A DNA stretch of 64,000 bases from an uncultured Candidatus Saccharibacteria bacterium (GTDB taxonomy: Bacteria > Patescibacteriota > Doudnabacteria > UBA920). The DNA is taken from contig CAYSUI010000003.1 in assembly GCA_964434195.1 (NCBI GenBank), positions 26,181 to 90,180 of the forward strand, given 5' to 3'. The first letter of the stretch is position 1. Every line of letters starts with the position of its first letter. The translations under genes and the position numbers were made by a program. Positions 41,858 through 50,653 of this stretch are shown here, piece by piece. The notes beneath the pieces are model-generated. The model was not told where the DNA came from and searched no databases. It saw nothing but the letters and a program-made list of their open reading frames with translations.

Positions 41858-42697
41858 ATGAATTTCATTAATTACAGGAAAAGTTTCTTTTCGTTGACTG
41901 TTGTTTGTGTTGTAACTTTTGGAATTTTGGCCCAGGAAAAACCTAAATCCAGTGGGGGGGTAAATAAATTTGGAACCATTAAATACGAGAAGGCGACGCA
42001 AAGCCCTAAGCCAAAACCGACGCCGGTGAAAATAATAAAAGCTAATCCTTTAGGTTCGGAAAGCAATCCCAGGGGGCCGATAAACAAACCAACACCGTCG
42101 CCTACCCCTACACCAACACCCAAACCGTCGCCTACCCCTACACCAACACCCAAACCCACACCGTCACCAACGCCAATTCTCAACGATGAAAATGGTTCGA
42201 CTAATAGAGTCAGGGTCGCGGGTACGAATCCATGGACTAAAAATGCTACAAACCAAGAATTTTCTCTAGTAACAAAGTGCGAAGATGTAAATTACAAGTG
42301 TCTCTTTTTGGCAAGCTTTTTGATATCGAATATCCAAAATGAGTTCACTAAAAAATTTGCAGAAGAACAGCTCAAAAAATTCTATGACGAGCGTACGCCA
42401 ATTCAGGAACCTAAAAGAGCTGGCGAAAATTACACTTTGTCGGAAGAAAAAATTCGTGAGATTGAAGTAGCATTAAGTACCTCCTACTTGCTAGATTCGG
42501 AGAGTGTTAGAACTAAAAACTTAATGGAACAACTTGGATTTCTGTTAAGTATGAAAGTAGTGGATAATGAAGGGAATGTTACCCGCGAACCAGACTTAGT
42601 GGGTGCGAGTAAGGCACTTAAGCTTTCCGGAAACACCACTTTCTACAACCTGGTGATGCTTGAAATTGCCAAAAGCGTAGTCGAAAAGGATAAATAA
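41858..42697 (+). CDS. Secreted Pro/Thr-rich protein (paralogue A2)
   Basis: GGAGG SD; signal ILA|Q; C..x..C.FLASFLI and TREPDL shared with A1. Confidence 0.85.
   Translation: MNFINYRKSFFSLTVVCVVTFGILAQEKPKSSGGVNKFGTIKYEKATQSPKPKPTPVKIIKANPLGSESNPRGPINKPTPSPTPTPTPKPSPTPTPTPKPTPSPTPILNDENGSTNRVRVAGTNPWTKNATNQEFSLVTKCEDVNYKCLFLASFLISNIQNEFTKKFAEEQLKKFYDERTPIQEPKRAGENYTLSEEKIREIEVALSTSYLLDSESVRTKNLMEQLGFLLSMKVVDNEGNVTREPDLVGASKALKLSGNTTFYNLVMLEIAKSVVEKDK
42094..42153 (+). repeat. Perfect 30 bp tandem duplication in Pro/Thr linker
   Basis: ACCGTCGCCTACCCCTACACCAACACCCAA x2. Confidence 0.9.
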
Positions 42698-42752
42698 AAT
42701 CCCACACTAAAACTTTAGTATGGGATTGCGCACACTCACGGAGTGTGTTTTT

Positions 42753-43310
42753 TTATAAGTCGTTTTGGCGACAACTTTTTTTGAATAAGCCGCCTTTCCA
42801 GAATCCGCATTTCTTTTTCTTGCGAATTTTTTCTTCATTGATAACCGCAGCATTGTCGGTCACACCGGCGGCTTTGGCACATAGATTGTCGTTACGAATT
42901 TGTTGACCGTCTCTTATGATGTACCAATGATTGTCGACACCGAGACGACAAGTCTCCGCGATATTTTTTAATCGTTCCTCATGATAGTCGCGGTCTACCG
43001 TAGCAGAAACAACTTCGTTTGGGTTCAAAGCCGGTTGAGCAACCACAACCAAAGGCGTTGGGGTTACCGATGCACGCCCACTTAGCTGTGGCTCTGCTGG
43101 AACTGAGGGGTCTATGCCAGCGTTGCCGCTTACTGAGCCAAGTGTGTCCGGGATGTCTCCGGACTTTGGGGTGTTCTTTGTCACTGGGGTCCCTGTAGCC
43201 GCAGCCAAACTTGGTATATGCGGCTCGTTCTCGGTTGACTTGCCTCGACATGAAGCCAAAGCAAGGGCCATAAAAATCAAAAAGAAAAGTTTAGCAAACT
43301 TTGTCTTCAT
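42753..43310 (-). CDS. Lipoprotein (paralogue B2)
   Basis: Lipobox LASC; NEPHIP; CRLGVDNHWY...LC...KKKCGFWKGGLFKKSC. Confidence 0.85.
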   Translation of the reverse strand: MKTKFAKLFFLIFMALALASCRGKSTENEPHIPSLAAATGTPVTKNTPKSGDIPDTLGSVSGNAGIDPSVPAEPQLSGRASVTPTPLVVVAQPALNPNEVVSATVDRDYHEERLKNIAETCRLGVDNHWYIIRDGQQIRNDNLCAKAAGVTDNAAVINEEKIRKKKKCGFWKGGLFKKSCRQNDL

Positions 43311-43522
43311 ATCTTCCCTCCATTTTGGTCTAAAGTTTCTGAATTAGTAAGAAGTTGGAATGTACAATAATTTAACCTAATGGTCAATAGCTTTATTGAC
43401 ATAGAAGTGTGTTTTTCATTAGAATCACAAGTTCGGAAGTTTGTGCTTCTGAATACATAGAGTTGTGAGAAGCACGACTCCTCACCGAATTCAAAACTAA
43501 ATTCAAGATGGAGGAATTTTTT

Positions 43523-46090
43523 ATGAATTTGAAATTTCCGAAAATGGATTTTTTCAAAAATATTTCCTGGTTTAGGAAAAAGGACAGGGTAACAGATTCT
43601 GAGCCAAGACCACCTTCGAAACCAATGAAAGAAAAACTGAAAGATTTTCCGTGGAAAAAAGCATTAATAATAACCGCGGTCACGATGGTTGTTATTTTTG
43701 TACCTCCTTGGATTTATTATCTTTCTAGGGCTTCTGAGTTGGAACCTGAGGTGCAGAGCGCCCAGAACACCATTAATGACTTGCGTGGGGTTAGAATTGA
43801 AACTCAAGTGGAAGGCGAAGATGGAAAGCCCGTAGTTGAATACGTGGCTACCTCCACTTCTAAAGCCATGAGGGATGAGAAGAATAACCCGCGGTCGAAT
43901 GTCCGTATGGAGTATAGATACTTCGCGGATATTGATCCTGAATTTCTCACTAGCGTAATTGCTGTTGAAGATGCTAACAGGTCGCGGTTCTACCATATTG
44001 GGGTTGACCCAAGGGGTGTGGGACGGTCTTTACAGCAACTTTTCAATAAGCATATCCGCGGAAAGCAGAATGAAAGAGTGGGTGGCGGTTCGACGCTCGA
44101 GATGCAGATCATGAAGTCTCTCTATCTAAAGAAGGAGAAGACCTTTGATCGGAAAACCGACCAAATGATTATGGCCTACCTTACTTTCAAAAACTATGAT
44201 GAAATGGTTATCCAAGAGATGTATTTCAACATTGTTTATTTGGGAAATTCGGAGGGTCATAGACTTTGGGGGTTTGAGAGCGCGTCTCGTTCGGTGTTTG
44301 GCACCAGCATTAGCGATAAGCACAAAGACCAATGGGCTTATCTTATAGCGACCCTTCCCGCACCGGAGTGCTTGGGCTACTTCCAGTCTAAGTCTTGTCC
44401 TGGTGGGACCGACTGGAAAGCCGAGACACTCAAGCGCTACAACATGGTACTTGGGAAGATGCTTGGAGCTGGGGTAATTAGTCCCGAAGAGCATGAAGCA
44501 TTCAAAGATAACCTGCCTATGATTGGTTCTGTAACTAAAGATAGCGACGCACAGTCGGTACCATTCTTTACGGAACAGACTAAGAAGCAGGTAATGAATA
44601 AATATCCGACCGAACAACTTGGTCGGATTGCTGCTGAGTCTAAGATTGACCCTAAACTCACCCAACTGGCCAGGAATGCTCTTCAAGAGACCCTTGAGCC
44701 ACTGCAGAAACAAGTTGATAATTCACTAATTTTGGTAGTAACTACTCCGGGTGGCAAGAAAACAATTGCCGCTAGGGGTAGGGTGGATATTGAAAAGTTG
44801 CTGAAGAAAGCTACGGTGGCGGAAGGGGCAACCGTGACTCTGGTAATGACCACTAGCCAAAAAGTATTAGCAACAGGCAAGGAGAATATTCAAACACTTT
44901 TGCCCAAGCTACTACTCGATGGGGCGGTGGTGATTCTCGATTCAGCAAGCGGAGTGCCAATTGTCTATGTTGGCGGCTCCAACTACGGCATTGGACCTGG
45001 TCAGTCTCAACTGGACAGAGTGACCGATGGAGCAGATGCGATTGGTTCTATAAAAAAGATCCCAATGGCAATTGCGGCTATCGGAACCAAGGAAGTGACC
45101 GCAGCTAGCTACTTCCCTAACCAACCGGTAATCCCGTGTCGAAGTGGACAAGCTCAGTGTGAACCGTGGCCTAAGAACTTTCATAATTCACCATATGGAG
45201 GCGACATGCCTCTGTGGGATGTAATTAGAAAGTCCATGAATGCCCCGGCTGCGCATCTAGCAATGAAACGAGTGGACGGGAGCACTATCTTGTTCCAGTC
45301 GTTTGAGTTCACTGAAGTACTAGGGATTCCTTTTCCCGACGTAAAGACACTTTCCCCTACTTACGCGCTGGGTATTGAGGCCCTTAGACCTATTCAGGTC
45401 GCAGAGCTCGGTGCACTTATTGCGAACGATGGAATTGAATGGACACCCAGGAGATTCTGGGTTTCGCTTAAGAAAGATGGTGTGAAGGTAGATGAAGTTG
45501 TTAAGAAGTTTAAGCCAAATGAAGAATACCAACAGGCTGTAGTAGCTGTCCGCGAAATTATGCGCTTGGTCGCAAGACCGGGTGGCACTGCGGGTAGACT
45601 CGCTACCACATTTAAAGCTGATCCTTTTCTTTCGACTCAGCTTGCTTGCAAGACTGGTTCGAGCAGACGGACTGGCTGGTTAATGTGCTCTTGGCCGAAA
45701 CACTCCATGGCAATTCGAATTGGCTTCGACGAAGACTTTGGGAAAACGGAACTTACTGGTGGAGGCTCTGCACTGCTAGTGGCCGAAAAACTCCTGCCTG
45801 CTATGAAAAAAGCGAGGCCGGATTTGTTCGACACACAGTGGAAGAGTCCTTCTGAGTATGGTCTTGTTCCTTGCTCTTCTGGAGGTACGGTTGTTTGGCT
45901 CTTACCAGGCACAGAGGGGAAGGCTCCTGGTTGCGGTGAAATATCTGCACCTAGTGAACCCCAAATAGCCGAAAAACTAACAAAAGAGAAGAATAACAAG
46001 CCTTCAGATGCAGAAACCCGTGCTCCTAATGGAGCGGAGAGCATAGCCGGAAAGAAACCCGAAGGGGTTAAACTACAAGCAAGGAAATAA
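43523..46090 (+). CDS. Divergent class A penicillin-binding protein with insertion
   Basis: EDANRSRFYHIG, GGSTLEMQI, RKTDQ; SIKK (SxxK), SMN, KTG; TM near N-terminus; GGAGG SD. Confidence 0.9.
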   Translation: MNLKFPKMDFFKNISWFRKKDRVTDSEPRPPSKPMKEKLKDFPWKKALIITAVTMVVIFVPPWIYYLSRASELEPEVQSAQNTINDLRGVRIETQVEGEDGKPVVEYVATSTSKAMRDEKNNPRSNVRMEYRYFADIDPEFLTSVIAVEDANRSRFYHIGVDPRGVGRSLQQLFNKHIRGKQNERVGGGSTLEMQIMKSLYLKKEKTFDRKTDQMIMAYLTFKNYDEMVIQEMYFNIVYLGNSEGHRLWGFESASRSVFGTSISDKHKDQWAYLIATLPAPECLGYFQSKSCPGGTDWKAETLKRYNMVLGKMLGAGVISPEEHEAFKDNLPMIGSVTKDSDAQSVPFFTEQTKKQVMNKYPTEQLGRIAAESKIDPKLTQLARNALQETLEPLQKQVDNSLILVVTTPGGKKTIAARGRVDIEKLLKKATVAEGATVTLVMTTSQKVLATGKENIQTLLPKLLLDGAVVILDSASGVPIVYVGGSNYGIGPGQSQLDRVTDGADAIGSIKKIPMAIAAIGTKEVTAASYFPNQPVIPCRSGQAQCEPWPKNFHNSPYGGDMPLWDVIRKSMNAPAAHLAMKRVDGSTILFQSFEFTEVLGIPFPDVKTLSPTYALGIEALRPIQVAELGALIANDGIEWTPRRFWVSLKKDGVKVDEVVKKFKPNEEYQQAVVAVREIMRLVARPGGTAGRLATTFKADPFLSTQLACKTGSSRRTGWLMCSWPKHSMAIRIGFDEDFGKTELTGGGSALLVAEKLLPAMKKARPDLFDTQWKSPSEYGLVPCSSGGTVVWLLPGTEGKAPGCGEISAPSEPQIAEKLTKEKNNKPSDAETRAPNGAESIAGKKPEGVKLQARK

Positions 46091-46219
46091 CCCAATATAA
46101 CCTGATTAAGTTCAGGTTTTTTTATTTGCCCCCAGGTAGTTGACAGAATGGGCGATAATCGGTATTCTCGAGTGTCCTCCCAGTGGGAGAGACTATCAAA
46201 ACAGATGGAGGTATTTAAG

Positions 46220-47659
46220 ATGACTGATGAGACTTTGGATCCGATCAATCCCACTGGAGCTGAGCTGAAAACTGTTGTGGTTCAGGGGAACGGTCGGTCG
46301 GCGGCAAGTGAATCTGGAACCCATGTGCATCGTATGCCGATTAACAGCACTACGATGGGAGCGGAGGCTACACAGCCTTCCTCAATGGTGCAGGTAGCGA
46401 GGTTCGGCTTGGTGACGGCGACACTAGTGTTGGCTTTTTTTGCTTACAAGAGTGGGACCGTTGTTATGTACGTTGCTGCGGGTTTGCTTCTGGTGGCGAC
46501 TGCGGTCACGTTTTTTCTGACCCGCAGCAAAACGGAAGCGAGCATTGTGGGTAAAACTCAACCGGGAGTTGGTACAGTGAAACCGAAAGGCGGATCGAAG
46601 TGGAGCCGTACTTACTGGGTTGAAACCTACGAGAAGAACCCCTCAAAAATTGGGGACATGCTTAAAGGGCTAGTGAAAACTTGTTCTTTCTGGATATGTC
46701 TAATTTGGGGACTTCTGTGGTTTGCACCACTGATGATTTACACCAACGGTCGTACTCGTACCATTCTGGTACTTTTCGATGGCGGACAAGGGTTCTTAAT
46801 TCCCTTGATCATACTGGGGTGCTTTGCGGGAATCTCTATGGTTCTCCACAAAAAAGGAATCCTTGTCCCGGATAAGGTACGTGATCCGCAGACTGGACAA
46901 ATAGTTTCGGACTACAAACCTACGGTTTTCCGAACTGGAATGTTGATTACTGCGGTACTTCTGATCTGTGCATGGTTTCCATCTACGATTAAAAAAATCT
47001 ACGATGATAAACAGGTTGTACAGATTAGAAAACTAACAGGGATATCGGGACTATGGAATAAAAATTCCCACTCGTTCTATACCCCTCCGGAGACATACGG
47101 ACCGAGACCAACGTTTGGTGAATACATTTACTTCCTAAAGCTTGAGCCTTATGACGTAAATATGAAGAGCGTGGGTCTTTCGCGGTATGAAACCGCTTGC
47201 AAGATGTACGGGCACCCTGAGGTACCGAGAACTTGTTTTATACGAGTTCCTCGTTTGCAGATTACAATTGATCTGCAAGGACTCGTGGAACTTAACAACA
47301 AGAACCATCGGGTGAAGGACCTTCGCGAGGAGGAACTTTTCAGAATTGGAGTGATCCTCCAACATCTTGCGAACGTTAAGAAGCAACTCCATTTAAAGAG
47401 TACAGGGGAGGAGCAGGATGAACTGCTTGACAACTGGTTCGCGAAGGCGATTCAAGCGGCTAGAAACACCCCGTTTGGCAACGTTTCGGGACTTTCTAAA
47501 CCGTTCGATTTGCCAGTACATGTTATAAGTGTTCATCCGGATTCGGAGATAAACATCATCAACAACGGTAACGGCAATGAGCAACCCGCTCAGACCGAAC
47601 AACCGCCACCGAATGATGGTGATCCACCGGTACAAGAAAAACCGAAAGACGTTCCTTAA
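46220..47659 (+). CDS. Polytopic membrane protein, C-terminal domain possibly SPFH/band-7-like
   Basis: About five TM helices then soluble domain; GGAGGT SD; TTGACA-17-TATTCT at 46140-46168 (track start lies inside this promoter). Confidence 0.7.
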   Translation: MTDETLDPINPTGAELKTVVVQGNGRSAASESGTHVHRMPINSTTMGAEATQPSSMVQVARFGLVTATLVLAFFAYKSGTVVMYVAAGLLLVATAVTFFLTRSKTEASIVGKTQPGVGTVKPKGGSKWSRTYWVETYEKNPSKIGDMLKGLVKTCSFWICLIWGLLWFAPLMIYTNGRTRTILVLFDGGQGFLIPLIILGCFAGISMVLHKKGILVPDKVRDPQTGQIVSDYKPTVFRTGMLITAVLLICAWFPSTIKKIYDDKQVVQIRKLTGISGLWNKNSHSFYTPPETYGPRPTFGEYIYFLKLEPYDVNMKSVGLSRYETACKMYGHPEVPRTCFIRVPRLQITIDLQGLVELNNKNHRVKDLREEELFRIGVILQHLANVKKQLHLKSTGEEQDELLDNWFAKAIQAARNTPFGNVSGLSKPFDLPVHVISVHPDSEINIINNGNGNEQPAQTEQPPPNDGDPPVQEKPKDVP

Positions 47660-47722
47660 TGGAATACACAGGACCTAGTCCTGTTTTTTTATTAAAAATC
47701 TCCTATATAAAAAATCCCGATT

Positions 47723-48556
47723 TTAGTCGGGTTTTAAAATGGTGTCGAAGTCGGGCTTGGGTGGGTGCGGATCTGGTTCAAGATACATTGTGAACTCTAC
47801 TTGTTCATCTATTACCCAAACCTCGCCTTCCTCTCTGGCATTGTTAAAATTTCCTGAGAGAGATAGAGCCTCTCTTGGAATAACCAGCCAACCGTTTTGC
47901 TGGTCGGGTTTTAGGGTAAGAACATTACCCCTAATTCTATCCGACTTGTTCACATCACCTTCTGCTATTTCAAACTTTTCTTCATCGTTTATAAAGACTC
48001 GGTTCCGAGAAAGCAAATAGCCTAGGTCCAAATGAACATTCCCCAGTAGCTTACAGAGCTCTCTTGTCTCTGGGTGCCTATAACCGCAGACAGCACTCCA
48101 TGGGTCATATAAGCAGTCACCAAGTCCGAGCAATTGAGTTGGCTCATAGTCAGAATTTGCGTCGAACGCATATTCGAATTCTATACCTTCGATCTTTTTG
48201 AACTCTGTGTAGACTAAATGCTGACACACTTGCTTCTCTACCAAAGACTTCCAATTGGCACAGAAGTAAACTTTTTCTTTACCGTCTGCTAACCAGATTT
48301 GGGTAGGGACTCCAGAACCGTTTGAATTCCTGAGATGCATTATCCCTGCGGGCTCACCTCTTTCTCGCTTTAGGACGTAACGGTGAAAACCACCCCAAGG
48401 GATATCACCGTCGAATAGGAATTCCACTGCCCAATATGTGACCTTCAAGCGTGAATCAAAATTAGGGGCGGCTTGAGGAACTTTTAGGAGCGGGGTGTTA
48501 AGTAAAATTCCTCTTGCCTCCCTTAAAACTAAAGAACTGTTTGGCATTTCTACCAT
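47723..48556 (-). CDS. Hypothetical cytoplasmic protein
   Basis: AGGAGTG SD before ATG 48556; no motif recognised. Confidence 0.7.
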   Translation of the reverse strand: MVEMPNSSLVLREARGILLNTPLLKVPQAAPNFDSRLKVTYWAVEFLFDGDIPWGGFHRYVLKRERGEPAGIMHLRNSNGSGVPTQIWLADGKEKVYFCANWKSLVEKQVCQHLVYTEFKKIEGIEFEYAFDANSDYEPTQLLGLGDCLYDPWSAVCGYRHPETRELCKLLGNVHLDLGYLLSRNRVFINDEEKFEIAEGDVNKSDRIRGNVLTLKPDQQNGWLVIPREALSLSGNFNNAREEGEVWVIDEQVEFTMYLEPDPHPPKPDFDTILKPD

Positions 48557-48686
48557 ATTTCTCACTCCTTGTGTATTTTGCTTTGGACTAGTGCTTGCGT
48601 TGGCAAAAACTAGACCTGAAAACATAGCATAAGCGCTATTTTTAGGCAATAAAAAACCCACACTTGATTCTTAGTGTGGGATATAA

Positions 48687-49415
48687 TTATGGCGCATCTA
48701 CAGGATCGTCCATGGGTAAGCTTGAAAATCTAACTGATTTTAGTGGACAAGTGGCACAGGTGCGTTTTTTTACTTCAATGTGGAGATGCGGTCCTGTGAC
48801 CCTACTCCCAGTAGCTCCAACGGTGGCGATATAATCCCCTTCTTTTATTACATCACCAACTTGTAAGGGAACCCATAACTTAGTAACAGGATTCCACTTT
48901 GCGGCGGGTTTGTTGAAATGACAATAAGTGAATTGCCAGCGAGAGTTTTCAAAAATTAATCCATTGCCACAGCGACTGATTCTTCCCCTACCATCTCTCA
49001 GGGGAACTATTCTTTTTACCTCGCCGCTGTCTACTGCTTTTATAGGGGTACCTATTTTGGCTCCGAGGTCGATGGCGCTGGTTCTCCCACCATATTTTCT
49101 TTCATGAGCAGCTTCCCCATGGGTAACCGGCGCACCAGGGAGTGGGTTTGTAAAAGTCCCATCTCCAGTCCTTGAAGTATTTCTACTCGTAGGAGCTGAT
49201 GAAACGGCGAGACGACGAATTTCAGCGATTATTCCGTTTTCGACTTCGGCGTCGGACTTAACTACCCATTTACCGAATCTATTTGAAGAACCAGGTTCCT
49301 GTGGCTTAGAATTACCTCCGCCATTTTTGGTGGGACCGACGACTCTAACCGATTGCGAGAATGCCTGGCTAAATATTAGGGCTAAACCTAAGCAGGTTGC
49401 AGTTAGTTTTCTCAC
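48687..49415 (-). CDS. Secreted M23 family metallopeptidase
   Basis: AIDLGAKIGTPIKAVDSGEV, GN, YCH, VGATG..TGPHLHIE; signal peptide; GTG start with AGGAGG. Confidence 0.9.
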   Translation of the reverse strand: MRKLTATCLGLALIFSQAFSQSVRVVGPTKNGGGNSKPQEPGSSNRFGKWVVKSDAEVENGIIAEIRRLAVSSAPTSRNTSRTGDGTFTNPLPGAPVTHGEAAHERKYGGRTSAIDLGAKIGTPIKAVDSGEVKRIVPLRDGRGRISRCGNGLIFENSRWQFTYCHFNKPAAKWNPVTKLWVPLQVGDVIKEGDYIATVGATGSRVTGPHLHIEVKKRTCATCPLKSVRFSSLPMDDPVDAP

Positions 49416-49588
49416 CTATTCACCCTCCTTTTTAGAATATATTGCGTAAAATAATTAATAAACTTAGCAGAGGCGGGGGGGAGTGTCAAACCCCACTGCT
49501 AAATATTTTTGACAACAAAGCAATTTTTCTTTATACATAAAGGCTTAATCTATTGAAGATTTTGCAAAACCATAGTGGAGGAAAGCTA

Positions 49589-50560
49589 ATGTATTTAACA
49601 AAAATGGACAGAGCCAACCTGGGCGCAGCTAGCAGCGCGGCCGCGAAGGCTATCTTTGCAGATTCAGATGAGTTATCTTTGGGTCTTGCTGAGGCGTTCC
49701 CTCAGTTAAGACAATATGACCCTGAATATGACTTTGACGTGTTTGGTAACCACCAGCGTTTTGTGGTGAATGCTAGACTCTCAAACGAAGAATTGGCGCT
49801 TATGGCTCCTAAACAAGCCGAGAGACAAGAAGCCGATATTGATCGCTTCCTGTACGTTAAACGAAGACTGCGTGGGGTGGCTGAGTCCGGACTTCAGTCG
49901 GTACTTCTTCCTAATATAGAACTACCAAGATTGTTTATGGCGACACCGGTTATGTATACCAGCATGCCAACATTCAAGCGAAACGGTGAACCGGTTGCGC
50001 CCGATATTATGGGACTAGCTTCGCTGTTACCTACTGAGCAATGGCAATTGGGCGTGCAGGTTTTCAATGGTCCGAACTCCCGTAATATTTCCGAGTATCA
50101 GGGAGACACCATAGGAACAGAAACCACTCGTACACTTGCTCATGCAACACGCACATTCGATATGGTAACTCTTGCTACGAATTATTTTCACGAGCTGGAT
50201 ATGCGAAGAGTACCGGACTATGACCCTTTTATCTTGGGAACAATTTTTGGATTCCCATTTACGTTCTTGCTCGGCCGGTTTTCGGACGAACCGCTGGAGC
50301 ACGTTGATTCCATGACTCACCGGACCATTGAGTTCCTGAGGCAATCAGGATCCCGCTTGGCGCAGAGGGGTTCGAGGCGTGACTTGCTATACATGACCGG
50401 GCAGTTTGTAACAAACCGAGGACAGGTACTGTGGGATACCATTCGTGCCATGGTCCAATCCCACGAACATGGTTCGCTGTTTGAATGGTTCAATACGGCG
50501 AGTTTACGACTACCTGAAGTATCTCGCTCGCAGCGAATGTTTTTACCCCAAACTAACTAA
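49589..50560 (+). CDS. Hypothetical cytoplasmic protein
   Basis: GGAGG SD; TTGACA promoter; terminator; no motif recognised. Confidence 0.7.
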   Translation: MYLTKMDRANLGAASSAAAKAIFADSDELSLGLAEAFPQLRQYDPEYDFDVFGNHQRFVVNARLSNEELALMAPKQAERQEADIDRFLYVKRRLRGVAESGLQSVLLPNIELPRLFMATPVMYTSMPTFKRNGEPVAPDIMGLASLLPTEQWQLGVQVFNGPNSRNISEYQGDTIGTETTRTLAHATRTFDMVTLATNYFHELDMRRVPDYDPFILGTIFGFPFTFLLGRFSDEPLEHVDSMTHRTIEFLRQSGSRLAQRGSRRDLLYMTGQFVTNRGQVLWDTIRAMVQSHEHGSLFEWFNTASLRLPEVSRSQRMFLPQTN

Positions 50561-50653
50561 ATAGTTTGGGATTTTTTTATTGACAATAGATGAGGAATAT
50601 GTTAAACAAATATTTCATTTCTAAATGTTTTTAGCAGAAGAAGGAGGAAAGGA

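Noticed and set aside
40230-42175. Short direct repeats that could suggest a CRISPR array or VNTR locus
   Set aside because: They are in-frame Pro/Thr codon repeats inside genes, with no unique spacers and no cas genes.
43425-43500. Two hairpins in the leader of the second PBP as a riboswitch
   Set aside because: The stems are short and imperfect, with no recognisable aptamer or expression platform.
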